Origin: a virus
Lineage: Duplodnaviria; Caudoviricetes
DNA: 59,369 bases
Virus record (IMG/VR): IMGVR_UViG_3300038608_000027
Location: 1-59,369 of that record
Strand: one strand, 5' to 3'
Part shown: positions 1 to 9,101 of the stretch, one piece after another
Position numbering within the stretch: position 1 is the first letter of the stretch
How the letters are laid out: every line of letters starts with the position of its first letter
Notes under the pieces: generated by a model
What the model was told of the DNA's origin: nothing
What the model saw: the letters and a program-made list of their open reading frames with translations, nothing else
The model's database searches: none
Made by a program: the position numbers and the translations under genes

Positions 1-107
1 GCCTCAATATCCCCACGTGCCGTTTGTGCTCCCGCTTCTTCTTGTCCCCATCTCGTATCCAATGCCGAAAGATAAGGGTTAATTTCTAAATCAGCGTACT
101 GTCCGGC
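1..107. repeat. Terminal direct repeat (circular assembly overlap), left copy
   Basis: Bases 1-107 are identical to 59263-59369, and an ORF reads through the junction. Confidence 0.97.
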
Positions 108-620
108 CTGCCTTAGTAATTCATCTTCCGAAGGCATATTATAGGCCGAAGGTTGAGCCATTAAATCTCTAAGCATTTGCTCATAAGGAAAACCGTATTG
201 ACCCATCCCCTGGTCTTGTTGACCCCTTCCACCAAGAGAGGTATCAGCCGCACCTTGTGGATATGGGCTTGCTCCGCTTGGCGTAGCTGTTTTATTTAAC
301 CATGATTTAATATAAGAAGGGTCAATATAGGCCGTCCCTCCTACGTTTCTGTATGCACTAGGTGCTATAGTACCTGTCCGTCCTTGCCCGGACACATTAA
401 TGTTTCTAGTGCCCGGACTATAGCCTACATCATAGCCTGCACCGGAAAGAGTGCTGCGTATTGGAACATAACCTTTGGGTGCGGTTGCAGTAGTAGTCCT
501 TGGTGCGGTAGTAGTCTTTGGTGCGACATAAGGCTGCGTCAGTGGTATTCCTGCTGCTCTTTTTCTTTTTACTTCGGCTTGATAAGCGGCTTCTGTAAGT
601 CCATACGGGATAATAACCAA
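1..620 (-). CDS. 5' part of a junction-spanning putative ejection/internal virion protein (~351 aa, continues at 58827..59262)
   Basis: Open frame from TTG 620 (or ATT 614) after GAAAGGGG: (L)VIIPYGLTEAAYQAEVKRKRAAGIPLTQ...YLSALDTRWGQEE. It is in frame with ORF 58827..59324, is Q/A/G-rich and precedes the SLT ejection gene. Not in the ORF track. Confidence 0.8.
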   Translation of the reverse strand, partial: MVIIPYGLTEAAYQAEVKRKRAAGIPLTQPYVAPKTTTAPRTTTATAPKGYVPIRSTLSGAGYDVGYSPGTRNINVSGQGRTGTIAPSAYRNVGGTAYIDPSYIKSWLNKTATPSGASPYPQGAADTSLGGRGQQDQGMGQYGFPYEQMLRDLMAQPSAYNMPSEDELLRQAGQYADLEINPYLSALDTRWGQEEAGAQTARGDIE

Positions 621-714
621 CCCCTTTCAATTATTTTTTCGCTACCCCCTTTTTTTTGTTTTCGATTAACGTATAATATATATACATAACAAAAATTTAA
701 AGGAGGTATGTTTC

Positions 715-1395
715 ATGCGAAAGTTTTATATTCTAGTGTGCGTTGTGGTACTCCTTATCAGTTTAATCTCAATGGCTTGTGCTATGGAAAAAGTATTGTC
801 CCCTTTTGTAACTGCTACGGCAATTAGTCCAAATCAGGTTGACCTAAGTTGGAATCCTGCCCTTGGTGAAATTACAGGTTATGATATTACTAGAAGCACA
901 CTTGATTATCCCAATTTTTTTCAGTCTGTCGGTAGAGTTGCGGCCAATGTTTACAACTACTCGGATACATCTGCAAACCCTAATACATCCTATTATTACA
1001 CCGTTTGGCCTTATGGCGGTATTGAGGAAAATTATTTGATAGAGCCGCAAAAAACCTTGGTCAAAACGCCGGCCGAAATTATTCCGAATCAAATTATTCA
1101 AGAACCAACTACCCCAACACCGGAAACCACAACCACCACCCAAGAACCAACTACCCCAACACCGGAAGTCGCAACCGCTATTCAAAAACCAACTACGGAA
1201 TCATCTAAAATAAGTATCCTGCAAATTGGTAATAAAAAACTATACACAAACGGCAGTTCAATTACTTTAGACGTCGCCCCAAAGATTGAGGATGGCAGAA
1301 CGCTTGTACCTCTTCGAGCCATTTCGGAAGCTCTGGGAGCACAAGTTACATGGAGTGAAAGCACACAAACAATAATTATCAGGCGGCAGGATTAA
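715..1395 (+). CDS. Secreted/surface protein: signal peptide, fibronectin type III domain, PT-rich linker, copper-amine-oxidase N-terminal (stalk) domain; moron-like
   Basis: Hydrophobic N-terminus. FN3 pattern VDLSWNP...GYDITRS...YSDT...YYYTV. C-terminal APKIEDGRTLVPLRAISEALGAQVTW. AAGGAGGT RBS. Lies opposite to the structural operon. Confidence 0.85.
   Translation: MRKFYILVCVVVLLISLISMACAMEKVLSPFVTATAISPNQVDLSWNPALGEITGYDITRSTLDYPNFFQSVGRVAANVYNYSDTSANPNTSYYYTVWPYGGIEENYLIEPQKTLVKTPAEIIPNQIIQEPTTPTPETTTTTQEPTTPTPEVATAIQKPTTESSKISILQIGNKKLYTNGSSITLDVAPKIEDGRTLVPLRAISEALGAQVTWSESTQTIIIRRQD
1099..1167 (+). repeat. Two 27-nt direct repeats in the PT linker
   Basis: caagaaccaactaccccaacaccggaa at 1099 and 1141 (QEPTTPTPE x2). 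Confidence 0.85.
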
Positions 1396-4300
1396 ACCCC
1401 TGCCCCTTTTATTTTCACTTTAACACTCTTATAAACCGGTTCTTTTTGTTCTCTTACAACAACTTCCAATGCTTCTTTTTTTGCTACTTTAGCTTCGCCT
1501 TTCTTAAAAACTCCCTTTTCCTCGTCGAAGCTGTAATCAGGTTTGAGTTGTTTAACTTCTTTTTGTATTGTTTTAAACTTAGTTGCTCTATAAGGAACAA
1601 TTTCCCCTTCTTCGTTTAAGTTATATTTAGTTATCACTTCCGGTACTTGTACGGTTATTTCTGCCGGAGTATCCTTACATTTATCGTGTATAGGAATACA
1701 CATAGTGTCTAATTCTTCGTGTATTGTGTGGACATAAAGCGTTAGAATATCCCCGGAAGCAAAAGGTTGGTTACATATAGGACAACTTTTCTCACTAAAA
1801 CAAATATCTCCTGTTTGAAAATTCATTGCACGAACCTTGAACCACCGGTAATTTGAATCTCCAACCTCCCCCGTCTGGTCGGTTTTAGGAGTCAAACTAC
1901 TACCTATCCGGTTTGACCCTATAGTCACCCCATATCCTGCCGCTCCATTTAAATAGACGGCATTTTGTGCCGCTTTAATACCTATTTCTGCCCCTAAATC
2001 GCCTATTGTTCCTTGTAATGCACCTGCTAGAGTATAAAATTTTTGGCATACATCTATGCCGTCATTAACTAATTCCCATTGAAGGGTATTATTATATACA
2101 GCTTTTAGTGTATTAGGAGCTTCTAGGGTTATATAATCTCCGGTAGTTTGTGTTCCAGTACGTATTTTAGAAGCGTATATCTCCCCACTGGTCAACAACA
2201 GCCCAAACTGCCGTATGGTGGGTTTCAAAGTACCATACATAGTCATCAGGCAAGTAGTCCACTCATCTACGTTTAAAGGTAAACCGGTATTATATTTCGC
2301 CTGATATTCGGATATAGTTTGGGCTTTATTCATCACTGCAAAGTTAGAAATAATACCGTTAGCCTGCTCTGTACCATTACTGCCTATATACATATTGGCC
2401 GGTAGTGCACCTACAGGCTCAACATACGCCGTGTCGCTCCCTTGTTGCACACCATTACAAGCCAGTTGCATAACAGAGCCATTGCCGGATAACATAATAG
2501 AATAATCGTTACCCGGAGTTATAAAATTATTCCCGGAAGATATGTTATAAATAGTACCATTTGTGCATGATCGACCATAAAGCTCTCCGAACCAACCTGT
2601 ACCTAACATATAATAATTATTTGCGTCAATATTAATCATCCAAAGACAATTATTGACGTTTCCAACATTCATCACGCTAGTAGGTCTAAAAGTAGTTTCT
2701 ACTGTCCAGTTGCTTTTGGTAAATACATTTGCCGTAGGAGCAGTCATTACTTCGTTATTACGAGTAGCGTTGTATCCGGGAAAAGTTAAGGCATAAGGCT
2801 TCTGAATTAGTGTTATTTCTGCCAGGTCAATATATCCTGCGTCGTTGCCGTCATGGTCAAAACGAACGTGTTGATTTGTACCGGTTATATCCGCTGTGGT
2901 AGTGAACGTAGCGTAAATAGTTTGCCAGGCTAATGTAGGCGACCAAGAACCGCCAGGGAAAAAGCTTCCGTTTAACTGTATAAGTGTACCTGTGTTGCTC
3001 AGTATAAAAGCATCTAGTTTTCCTGCCCCAACAGTACCTCTAACTTTAAAACGCAAAGTGTATTTCGTAGAAGGGGATAAAGCGAATAAAGCTGACTGAT
3101 AGAAACCTTCTGTTGCTCCGCTGTTAGCTAACCTCATAGTGGTTAATGCCGCACCATCTTGCGCACCTTGAGAAGTTGCGGACATACCAGCGTCGCCGGA
3201 AATAGTCCAACCTGTAGGCCAATCAGCTACAATATTAGTGCAACCTTCCTCCATCATCACACCAGGACTGGCGTATTTAACGGTGAAGTCCCATACCTGA
3301 AAGGCCGTTGCAGAACTATTCCTAAAACCAACACCACCACCAGTAAAGGTAGTATCTGTAATAGAAATAACCTTTACACCATCAAACCACGCCTCTAAAC
3401 GACTGCCGTGTAAAGTAAATTTAATTTGTTTAGACGTACCTCTTGGCCAAGTTACATTTGCAGAAACAAGAGATGTAAACGTTCCGCCTACACGTTTATA
3501 AATACATAAATTTTCATTCGGAGCTATACCACTATCATCTCTAAGAGCCAGCATGTAATAATTATTGTTATCCTGGTATCGAGCAATAATACCCCCATCG
3601 TATGCCTGATTTGAGTTGATTACTATCTCGCAATTCTGTAACAACAAGTCGTCCTTGATTAAAGTTGCCTGTGTCCCGCCCGTACCCGTTAACATTCCTC
3701 CACTAACAGCCCACGTTGCGGCAGTATCTCCACCGCTGGTATACTTGGTCAACTGGTCAGTATCAAATAAGTCCTGCCATATAAACTTGGGCAAGGCAGT
3801 ATATTCATATCGGGGAATACCAGAGGCAACTGCATTTCCGTATAAACCATAAGCGGTTGTTGCTCTGGTAAAGGCTGCCGTTTGAGTAGTCAAGGTTTCG
3901 TAATTACCGAAGTGTCCAGCCAGGCTTCCGTTTTTGTTATAAACCCTAAACCCATCGCCTAGAATTTTAGTGTAATATTTATCCCCTACGATATTGATTA
4001 AACTGGTTAATATGCTTCCAGATATAATTTCATCAGCTATAAAACCGTCGCCCGTACCAAAGGTACGCCAATTCCAGTTACCGCCTGTTTTACTGTTTGC
4101 AATGGCAAATACTCCGCCTAATAACCTAAGTGCCTTAGTAGGATTTTCCGCTAAGTCAGTAATTAAAATACCGTTATTGTCGGTTATAGTAACACACCCG
4201 GCCCCGGCGTTTATCAGGTTAAGGGACGTCTCAATAGCCCCCAGTAGTTTAGAAGTAAGAAATTTACCTTCAGCAGTAATGTTATTGGCACGATCCCATA

Positions 4301-4484
4301 TATCCGCCACGTTTGGAAGATCAGCCACCTTTGTACCGGTAGCCGTCTTAACGTAACCTTGGAGGAGAGAAACATATCTTTCGATTTCGTTAAAGTTACG
4401 CTGGATGGCCATAGCCATACTTTCCGGGTCTGTGTAGTCTATTCTCTTATATGGTAGTTGTAAAATATCTTGCTCTCTAGCCAT
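1392..4484 (-). CDS. Tail fibre / receptor-binding protein with lectin-like (ConA/LamG, CBM-like) domains
   Basis: 1030 aa, G/T/S/N-rich. WRTFGTGDGFIAD motif resembles Firmicute phage tail proteins. Cys/His-rich C-terminal segment. Follows the nozzle gene. Confidence 0.75.
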   Translation of the reverse strand: MAREQDILQLPYKRIDYTDPESMAMAIQRNFNEIERYVSLLQGYVKTATGTKVADLPNVADIWDRANNITAEGKFLTSKLLGAIETSLNLINAGAGCVTITDNNGILITDLAENPTKALRLLGGVFAIANSKTGGNWNWRTFGTGDGFIADEIISGSILTSLINIVGDKYYTKILGDGFRVYNKNGSLAGHFGNYETLTTQTAAFTRATTAYGLYGNAVASGIPRYEYTALPKFIWQDLFDTDQLTKYTSGGDTAATWAVSGGMLTGTGGTQATLIKDDLLLQNCEIVINSNQAYDGGIIARYQDNNNYYMLALRDDSGIAPNENLCIYKRVGGTFTSLVSANVTWPRGTSKQIKFTLHGSRLEAWFDGVKVISITDTTFTGGGVGFRNSSATAFQVWDFTVKYASPGVMMEEGCTNIVADWPTGWTISGDAGMSATSQGAQDGAALTTMRLANSGATEGFYQSALFALSPSTKYTLRFKVRGTVGAGKLDAFILSNTGTLIQLNGSFFPGGSWSPTLAWQTIYATFTTTADITGTNQHVRFDHDGNDAGYIDLAEITLIQKPYALTFPGYNATRNNEVMTAPTANVFTKSNWTVETTFRPTSVMNVGNVNNCLWMINIDANNYYMLGTGWFGELYGRSCTNGTIYNISSGNNFITPGNDYSIMLSGNGSVMQLACNGVQQGSDTAYVEPVGALPANMYIGSNGTEQANGIISNFAVMNKAQTISEYQAKYNTGLPLNVDEWTTCLMTMYGTLKPTIRQFGLLLTSGEIYASKIRTGTQTTGDYITLEAPNTLKAVYNNTLQWELVNDGIDVCQKFYTLAGALQGTIGDLGAEIGIKAAQNAVYLNGAAGYGVTIGSNRIGSSLTPKTDQTGEVGDSNYRWFKVRAMNFQTGDICFSEKSCPICNQPFASGDILTLYVHTIHEELDTMCIPIHDKCKDTPAEITVQVPEVITKYNLNEEGEIVPYRATKFKTIQKEVKQLKPDYSFDEEKGVFKKGEAKVAKKEALEVVVREQKEPVYKSVKVKIKGAGV

Positions 4485-6310
4485 TATTTCACCCGCTTCG
4501 GCTTGTAATATATCGAAAATCCACTTACCGCACTTCTGGTGGATATTTCATTATCAGTAAGTCTAACTTGAATTTTCCTAAACTTTTCACTGGCCTTAAA
4601 ACGTCTTTCATTCTTCCAGTCTTTTTTCTCATCAGGTGTAACCCAGGGACCGCCGTCAATTCTATATTCGACTTTCGGTAACACACATAGAATAAAACCG
4701 TCCCCGTATATATTAAACGCCTCTTGAGTTGTGCCTACGTCTTTGCCATGCACTAACAACCTTATATTGGCTGCACCGGTAACGGTTGATAAATAAACCT
4801 CAACCAACGTCCATTCGCTTGCCTTTAAAGTAACAAACTTATCATCCGAATATGTTCCTGCCGTTTGATTCCATAGCCGGACATTGACAACCTTATCCGC
4901 TGTACCACACAACCAAACTGTACCTTTAATTATTGAAGCACTGCCCGTAAAGGAAGGCTCATTAACGTAAAAACCTTCGCAGGCGGCATTAGTCCCCGGA
5001 CAAGCACATTTCAAAGAGTAACTACCGTAAACATATTTAGTCCCGTCCTTGGTCAACGTAGTACCGTTATACACGGTAAATCCGGTCGTGTCCGTCTCTA
5101 CGCTGTACTGGTTGGTTGTCAGAATATTAACCGGTACGTCAGTAACGAATAATTTTTTAACTTTCTTAATCAAGTCTCCTGACTTAGCGTCAAATTCCTT
5201 GCTTATCAGATAAGAGGAAATTGTTGCCGTCCGGTCAAGATAACCATCATCAATTTTTATAATATAACCGTCATTTGCACTCCCAATGTACGGTAAAACA
5301 CTTGTCCCATCGTTATAGGTAGCAAAGCAAGCGGCATTTATTCCGCTATATTTCCACCAACTTTTAGTTTTTAGGTCATATATAAGTACAACGTTATTAT
5401 AACTGCTCCCAGTACCAGGCAAAGCTACCCATAATTTATAGTCCCAGTACCAAATACAAGCTTTGGCCAATACCGAAGGAGTAGGGTTTATTTGGTTTTT
5501 CCAAAATAACGGTATTTTATTGTCAATCAGATTATTTGCTGTAATTCCATTCCATTTTATTACCCCGTCCTCGTTAATATAGTATAGGTACGGATTAACT
5601 TCTACTGCAGCACGTATGCCTACCGCACCATAGTTAGCCTCTACCTTGTCAACTCTAAAATCATCCAATGAACTACCGGACAGGGTATTAATAGAATGTT
5701 TTTTCTTCACTAGTAAATCACGGGCATAAGGACATAGTAAAGTTAACTCATCACCATCGCCCTTGTCAAAGTCCCAAAAATTCACGGCCGGCCACGTCTC
5801 AGGTGCAAAACTATCACTCCATTTAACCGTGTCCACATCGGTTATAACAAACAGTTTTTCTTTATGCAGCACAGGACATTTTCCGGTTACCGGAGCATTG
5901 GCTAAGGCGGATACCGTTGTACCATCATACTTCCAGGGAGCGTCTATGCCGTTAAACCCCACCATATAGTTAACCAATGTCGCCATCATCACCGGCGCAC
6001 TGGTATTTAAACCTGTTTTTATCGAAGTCCAGCCAGCCCCATCACGTTTATAAACTACCCCATTTGCAACGGCTATAAACTTTCGGTATTCCAGATTATC
6101 ACCGTAATAAAACGAATGTAGTCCTTGTATTGCCCCGCCTAAACTATCGCCGGACAATACAACCTGCCCGTTGCGTTTTTCCAAAAGACCTAGCTGGTTA
6201 ATGGTACAGTTTTGGACATCTACGCAAGCATTGTCCGGTATCAAGTTGGCCTCAACTACATCCACCATACCGCCGGAAAAGTCCTGTACCTGCCAGGAAG
6301 GAAGTTTCAT
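4484..6310 (-). CDS. Tail tubular/nozzle protein (P22 gp10 / T7 gp12-like) with an internal CBM-like insertion
   Basis: N-terminal DFSGGM...NCTINQLGLLEKRNG, beta-propeller-like body (VKWSD..PETWP), and position after the adaptor. Confidence 0.7.
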   Translation of the reverse strand: MKLPSWQVQDFSGGMVDVVEANLIPDNACVDVQNCTINQLGLLEKRNGQVVLSGDSLGGAIQGLHSFYYGDNLEYRKFIAVANGVVYKRDGAGWTSIKTGLNTSAPVMMATLVNYMVGFNGIDAPWKYDGTTVSALANAPVTGKCPVLHKEKLFVITDVDTVKWSDSFAPETWPAVNFWDFDKGDGDELTLLCPYARDLLVKKKHSINTLSGSSLDDFRVDKVEANYGAVGIRAAVEVNPYLYYINEDGVIKWNGITANNLIDNKIPLFWKNQINPTPSVLAKACIWYWDYKLWVALPGTGSSYNNVVLIYDLKTKSWWKYSGINAACFATYNDGTSVLPYIGSANDGYIIKIDDGYLDRTATISSYLISKEFDAKSGDLIKKVKKLFVTDVPVNILTTNQYSVETDTTGFTVYNGTTLTKDGTKYVYGSYSLKCACPGTNAACEGFYVNEPSFTGSASIIKGTVWLCGTADKVVNVRLWNQTAGTYSDDKFVTLKASEWTLVEVYLSTVTGAANIRLLVHGKDVGTTQEAFNIYGDGFILCVLPKVEYRIDGGPWVTPDEKKDWKNERRFKASEKFRKIQVRLTDNEISTRSAVSGFSIYYKPKRVK

Positions 6311-6314
6311 TTAT

Positions 6315-7166
6315 TCACCAGCTTTCGACCACTTGCAAAGCAGTATTATTTAATTCCGCTTCGTCAAGGATATAGGCAATATTATGCTCACATTCAGCCA
6401 TCCATCGGGCGGCATCTGCGTCATCGCTATCATCTTTGCTCCTGTATCTCGAAGCAATAAAGGCTGCAATTGGATACATATAAGCGTCAAGAATTGTTAA
6501 ACTCTCACTTACAGAGGTTACAGCCGGATATACGGTATAAACTAAAACATAAATATTCCCGTCTTCAAACCTAATCTTGCGGTTGCGAATAGTATAGTTA
6601 CTATATTCGCTGTCGGTAGAATCATCCGTCGGAACGGCCTGGTTTGCGTCGGCCACGATACCATTGTCATCTAACGTCGAAGTAGTTTTATTATCACCAA
6701 TAAGACCAATAACATGGGAAGTACTTCCGCAAGTTGTACGATAAACATTATATCCCGTAGCACCTGTTAAATCGCTCCAATTCAGTGAATTATAATTAGA
6801 GCTGCTTAACACCGCATTTCCGGTTGTAACAGTAACTTCCGTACAGGCCAGGCTTTCACCGTTATAGTTTAGCGCACTTACTCGATAACCATAAGTAACG
6901 GCCCCGCTGCTGCCAGCAATAGTTATCGCTAAATCTTCAGGAGAGCCAATACTTTTAGATACACCAACAACACGCCAAAAATCGGAAGGAAGACTGTACC
7001 ATTTATTAGCCGTAGCGTCATACTCAGTAACATCTTCCGCCCATGCGTGAGAGCCTATTTTGTTTTGCAGACATTCTTTCCCCCATAACAAAGCGTCAGC
7101 ATCTTCAATATCTTCGTCAATCAATGATTCTGCTAAAGCCTTAGCCTGTGCAATTGTAAAAGACAT
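6315..7166 (-). CDS. Head-tail adaptor protein with an FN3/Ig-like insertion
   Basis: Adaptor-like flanks (YSLPSDF; helical C-terminus) around YGYRVSALNYNGES...LNWSDLTGATGYNVYRT; synteny. Confidence 0.6.
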   Translation of the reverse strand: MSFTIAQAKALAESLIDEDIEDADALLWGKECLQNKIGSHAWAEDVTEYDATANKWYSLPSDFWRVVGVSKSIGSPEDLAITIAGSSGAVTYGYRVSALNYNGESLACTEVTVTTGNAVLSSSNYNSLNWSDLTGATGYNVYRTTCGSTSHVIGLIGDNKTTSTLDDNGIVADANQAVPTDDSTDSEYSNYTIRNRKIRFEDGNIYVLVYTVYPAVTSVSESLTILDAYMYPIAAFIASRYRSKDDSDDADAARWMAECEHNIAYILDEAELNNTALQVVESW

Positions 7167-7173
7167 AGTTGAG

Positions 7174-7533
7174 TCAAACCCCCTCTGTTAGCGATAAAAC
7201 TCCAGTTGTGCTGCCTGAAACAATAGCATATATAGCCCCGGTATTAAGGTTTCCAAGAGCAGGCGACATTTCATATCTATTACCATTAACACTGGTGGGA
7301 TTTAAACTAATACCTTCATTAACTACGGCAGCAGCACCAATTTTAAAATAAATTACCCCGGTACTATTGTTAATCACCAGGGCATACTTTCGATTTGTAT
7401 TGGCCGCAAGAGCAATATAACTCGAAGAAGAAGCAGTTAAAACAGAATGTGTTACTGTGGTTAAAATCCCTGTTGGAGCTTCCTCCCACCGTTTATTTGC
7501 ATTGTCCCACAAACATAAATTAGCTAAAGCCAT
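7174..7533 (-). CDS. Small beta-rich virion protein
   Basis: LAANTNRKYALVINNS pattern; lies in the structural operon. Confidence 0.5.
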   Translation of the reverse strand: MALANLCLWDNANKRWEEAPTGILTTVTHSVLTASSSSYIALAANTNRKYALVINNSTGVIYFKIGAAAVVNEGISLNPTSVNGNRYEMSPALGNLNTGAIYAIVSGSTTGVLSLTEGV

Positions 7534-8456
7534 TATTCCACCACCTTCTTTTTTTCCGGTTCTATTCCATCAAGGGCCCAACACCTTTGATAATATTCAG
7601 ATTGTTCAATAGCCCCCAATATCTTATTTTCGAAGTCCCTTAATTCCCAATCCTTCGCAACCAGTTTTTGCCTTTCAGCCTTCACCTGAGTAAAAGTTTC
7701 TTCGGGTTTTTCATAAGTAATCTTATTGATAATAACGTAAAGCCTATTCTCATGATCCCGTAATTCCAAATCCTTATTAAAAAGCATTTGCCTTTCAGAC
7801 TTCACCTGGTTAAGCATAGCTGTATGCTCATTCTTTCTTGCTTCATAGATTAAAGCCATTGGAGATACCTCCTCATAGCCATAATCTCTTTCAGATTTAC
7901 AAAGGTCAGACTCCCACGGAATATAAACTTTTCTTCCCTGCCCTTCGGCAACGCCTATCCAATATTCCACCGAAGGCCGCTCCTTCTCATATTCGCCGTT
8001 TTGTGCCATATTAACGCCGTAAATATGTATCTCCTTAAACTTTTCTTCAATAGCCATAGCAATCATAAAGGAAATACTATTCGTCCAGTAACGACGGTAT
8101 TTGGTGCTTAATTTCTTAATTGGAAATTCAATAGAGCAAGGAATATCGGCAAACTTCTTTTGCATATAAATAGGGATATTGCACTTTTGAAGCCATTCCA
8201 AATGCCGAGGATTGCGATAAGACGCACATTCAAAATCCTTGCGACTGTGTATCTCAAACCACCTATGAGCTAGAGGCATAAAGAAATATGCTTCATTAAG
8301 TCCCCAAATCTCAAAGTCAGGATCGTTAAACGGAGTTTTGTTCCATGTACCGGCAAATCCTACTATAGCTACTTTTTTACGTTTTTCTTCAGGCCCTAAA
8401 GGTATAGTTTTGGTAATAATTTGCTTTTGAAGTTGTTCTTGTTCGTTCTCGCCCAT
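7533..8456 (-). CDS. Putative Maf/sialyltransferase-fold glycosyltransferase with a duplicated C-terminal coiled coil
   Basis: KKVAIVG...EIWGLN and TNSISFMIAMAIEEKFKEIHIYGVNM resemble GT29/GT42/Maf motifs. QVKxERQxLxxKDxELRDxENxx occurs twice. Confidence 0.55.
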   Translation of the reverse strand: MGENEQEQLQKQIITKTIPLGPEEKRKKVAIVGFAGTWNKTPFNDPDFEIWGLNEAYFFMPLAHRWFEIHSRKDFECASYRNPRHLEWLQKCNIPIYMQKKFADIPCSIEFPIKKLSTKYRRYWTNSISFMIAMAIEEKFKEIHIYGVNMAQNGEYEKERPSVEYWIGVAEGQGRKVYIPWESDLCKSERDYGYEEVSPMALIYEARKNEHTAMLNQVKSERQMLFNKDLELRDHENRLYVIINKITYEKPEETFTQVKAERQKLVAKDWELRDFENKILGAIEQSEYYQRCWALDGIEPEKKKVVE

Positions 8457-8477
8457 ATTGTACCTCCCTTGAAAGTT

Positions 8478-8507
8478 AAGAGGGGGTTTTGACGCCCCCC
8501 TCTTTTT
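8478..8507 (-). terminator. Possible intrinsic terminator hairpin
   Basis: aagaggggg...ccccctctt stem at the end of the 148-aa gene; weak U-tract on the minus strand. Confidence 0.45.
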
Positions 8508-8952
8508 AATTCGTAGACTTAGACAATACCTGCCATTGTGTGCTGCTTAAACCCAATAGACTAATAGTTTGACAAGGCCCTGTTAAAGATATTTGGTTTG
8601 TAGCACCAAATAATATGGTGTTAGTTGCTCCGGCAACAGTAAAAGGCCCTGAAGAAGAGGTTGATATTGTATATATAATTTTTCTTACACCAGCTACTGG
8701 TGCTGTTATTGTATAGGCTGTTGGGGTGGTAGTTGCAGGAATAGAAGTTACGCCGTAATTGGTAAACGCCGCCGAAGTCGTGCCAGCTTCAATGGCATAA
8801 AATCCAGTCAGATAATTTATTTCCGTTGCTGTAGCAGTTATAGCTGTGCCTTGTTGATATAATGCTCCCTGGCTTGAAGCAATAGGTATGCCACCGGTTG
8901 TACCCGCTTTTAAACCTCCGCCTGCTGTCCAAGTATCGTATGTGTAACCCAT
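8506..8952 (-). CDS. Head fibre/decoration-like protein, ~30% Ser+Thr
   Basis: AITATATEINYL motif; 44 of 148 residues are S/T; immediately follows the capsid gene. Confidence 0.55.
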   Translation of the reverse strand: MGYTYDTWTAGGGLKAGTTGGIPIASSQGALYQQGTAITATATEINYLTGFYAIEAGTTSAAFTNYGVTSIPATTTPTAYTITAPVAGVRKIIYTISTSSSGPFTVAGATNTILFGATNQISLTGPCQTISLLGLSSTQWQVLSKSTN

Positions 8953-8971
8953 AAAATCACTTCCTTCTTTG

Positions 8972-9009
8972 AGAAATAGAGAAGGACAGAAGTTATCCCG
9001 TCCTTCTCC
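8972..9009 (-). terminator. Hairpin/terminator downstream of the major capsid gene
   Basis: gagaaggacgg-ataact-tctgtccttctc followed by tattt on the minus strand. Confidence 0.55.
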
Positions 9010-9101
9010 TCTTAGTTAGACATCCATTTAAAACTAACTTGACTACAACTATGTCAAGAGGGTTTTAAAAGTTGCTTTGACGCTAATGTTATCATGAATG
9101 G

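Noticed and set aside
1-107. Biological terminal repeat of the virion DNA
   Set aside because: It falls in the middle of a coding sequence, so it is more simply an assembler overlap of a circular contig.
384-689. Track ORFs 384..689 (+) and 430..630 (-)
   Set aside because: Shadow frames of the junction-spanning minus-strand gene.
1392-4484. Diversity-generating retroelement targeting the tail fibre
   Set aside because: No reverse transcriptase, and no template/variable repeat pair with adenine-specific mismatches was seen.
9039-9059. cttgac-N9-gtcaag inverted repeat after the capsid gene as an operator
   Set aside because: Single short occurrence with no second copy noticed; could be chance.
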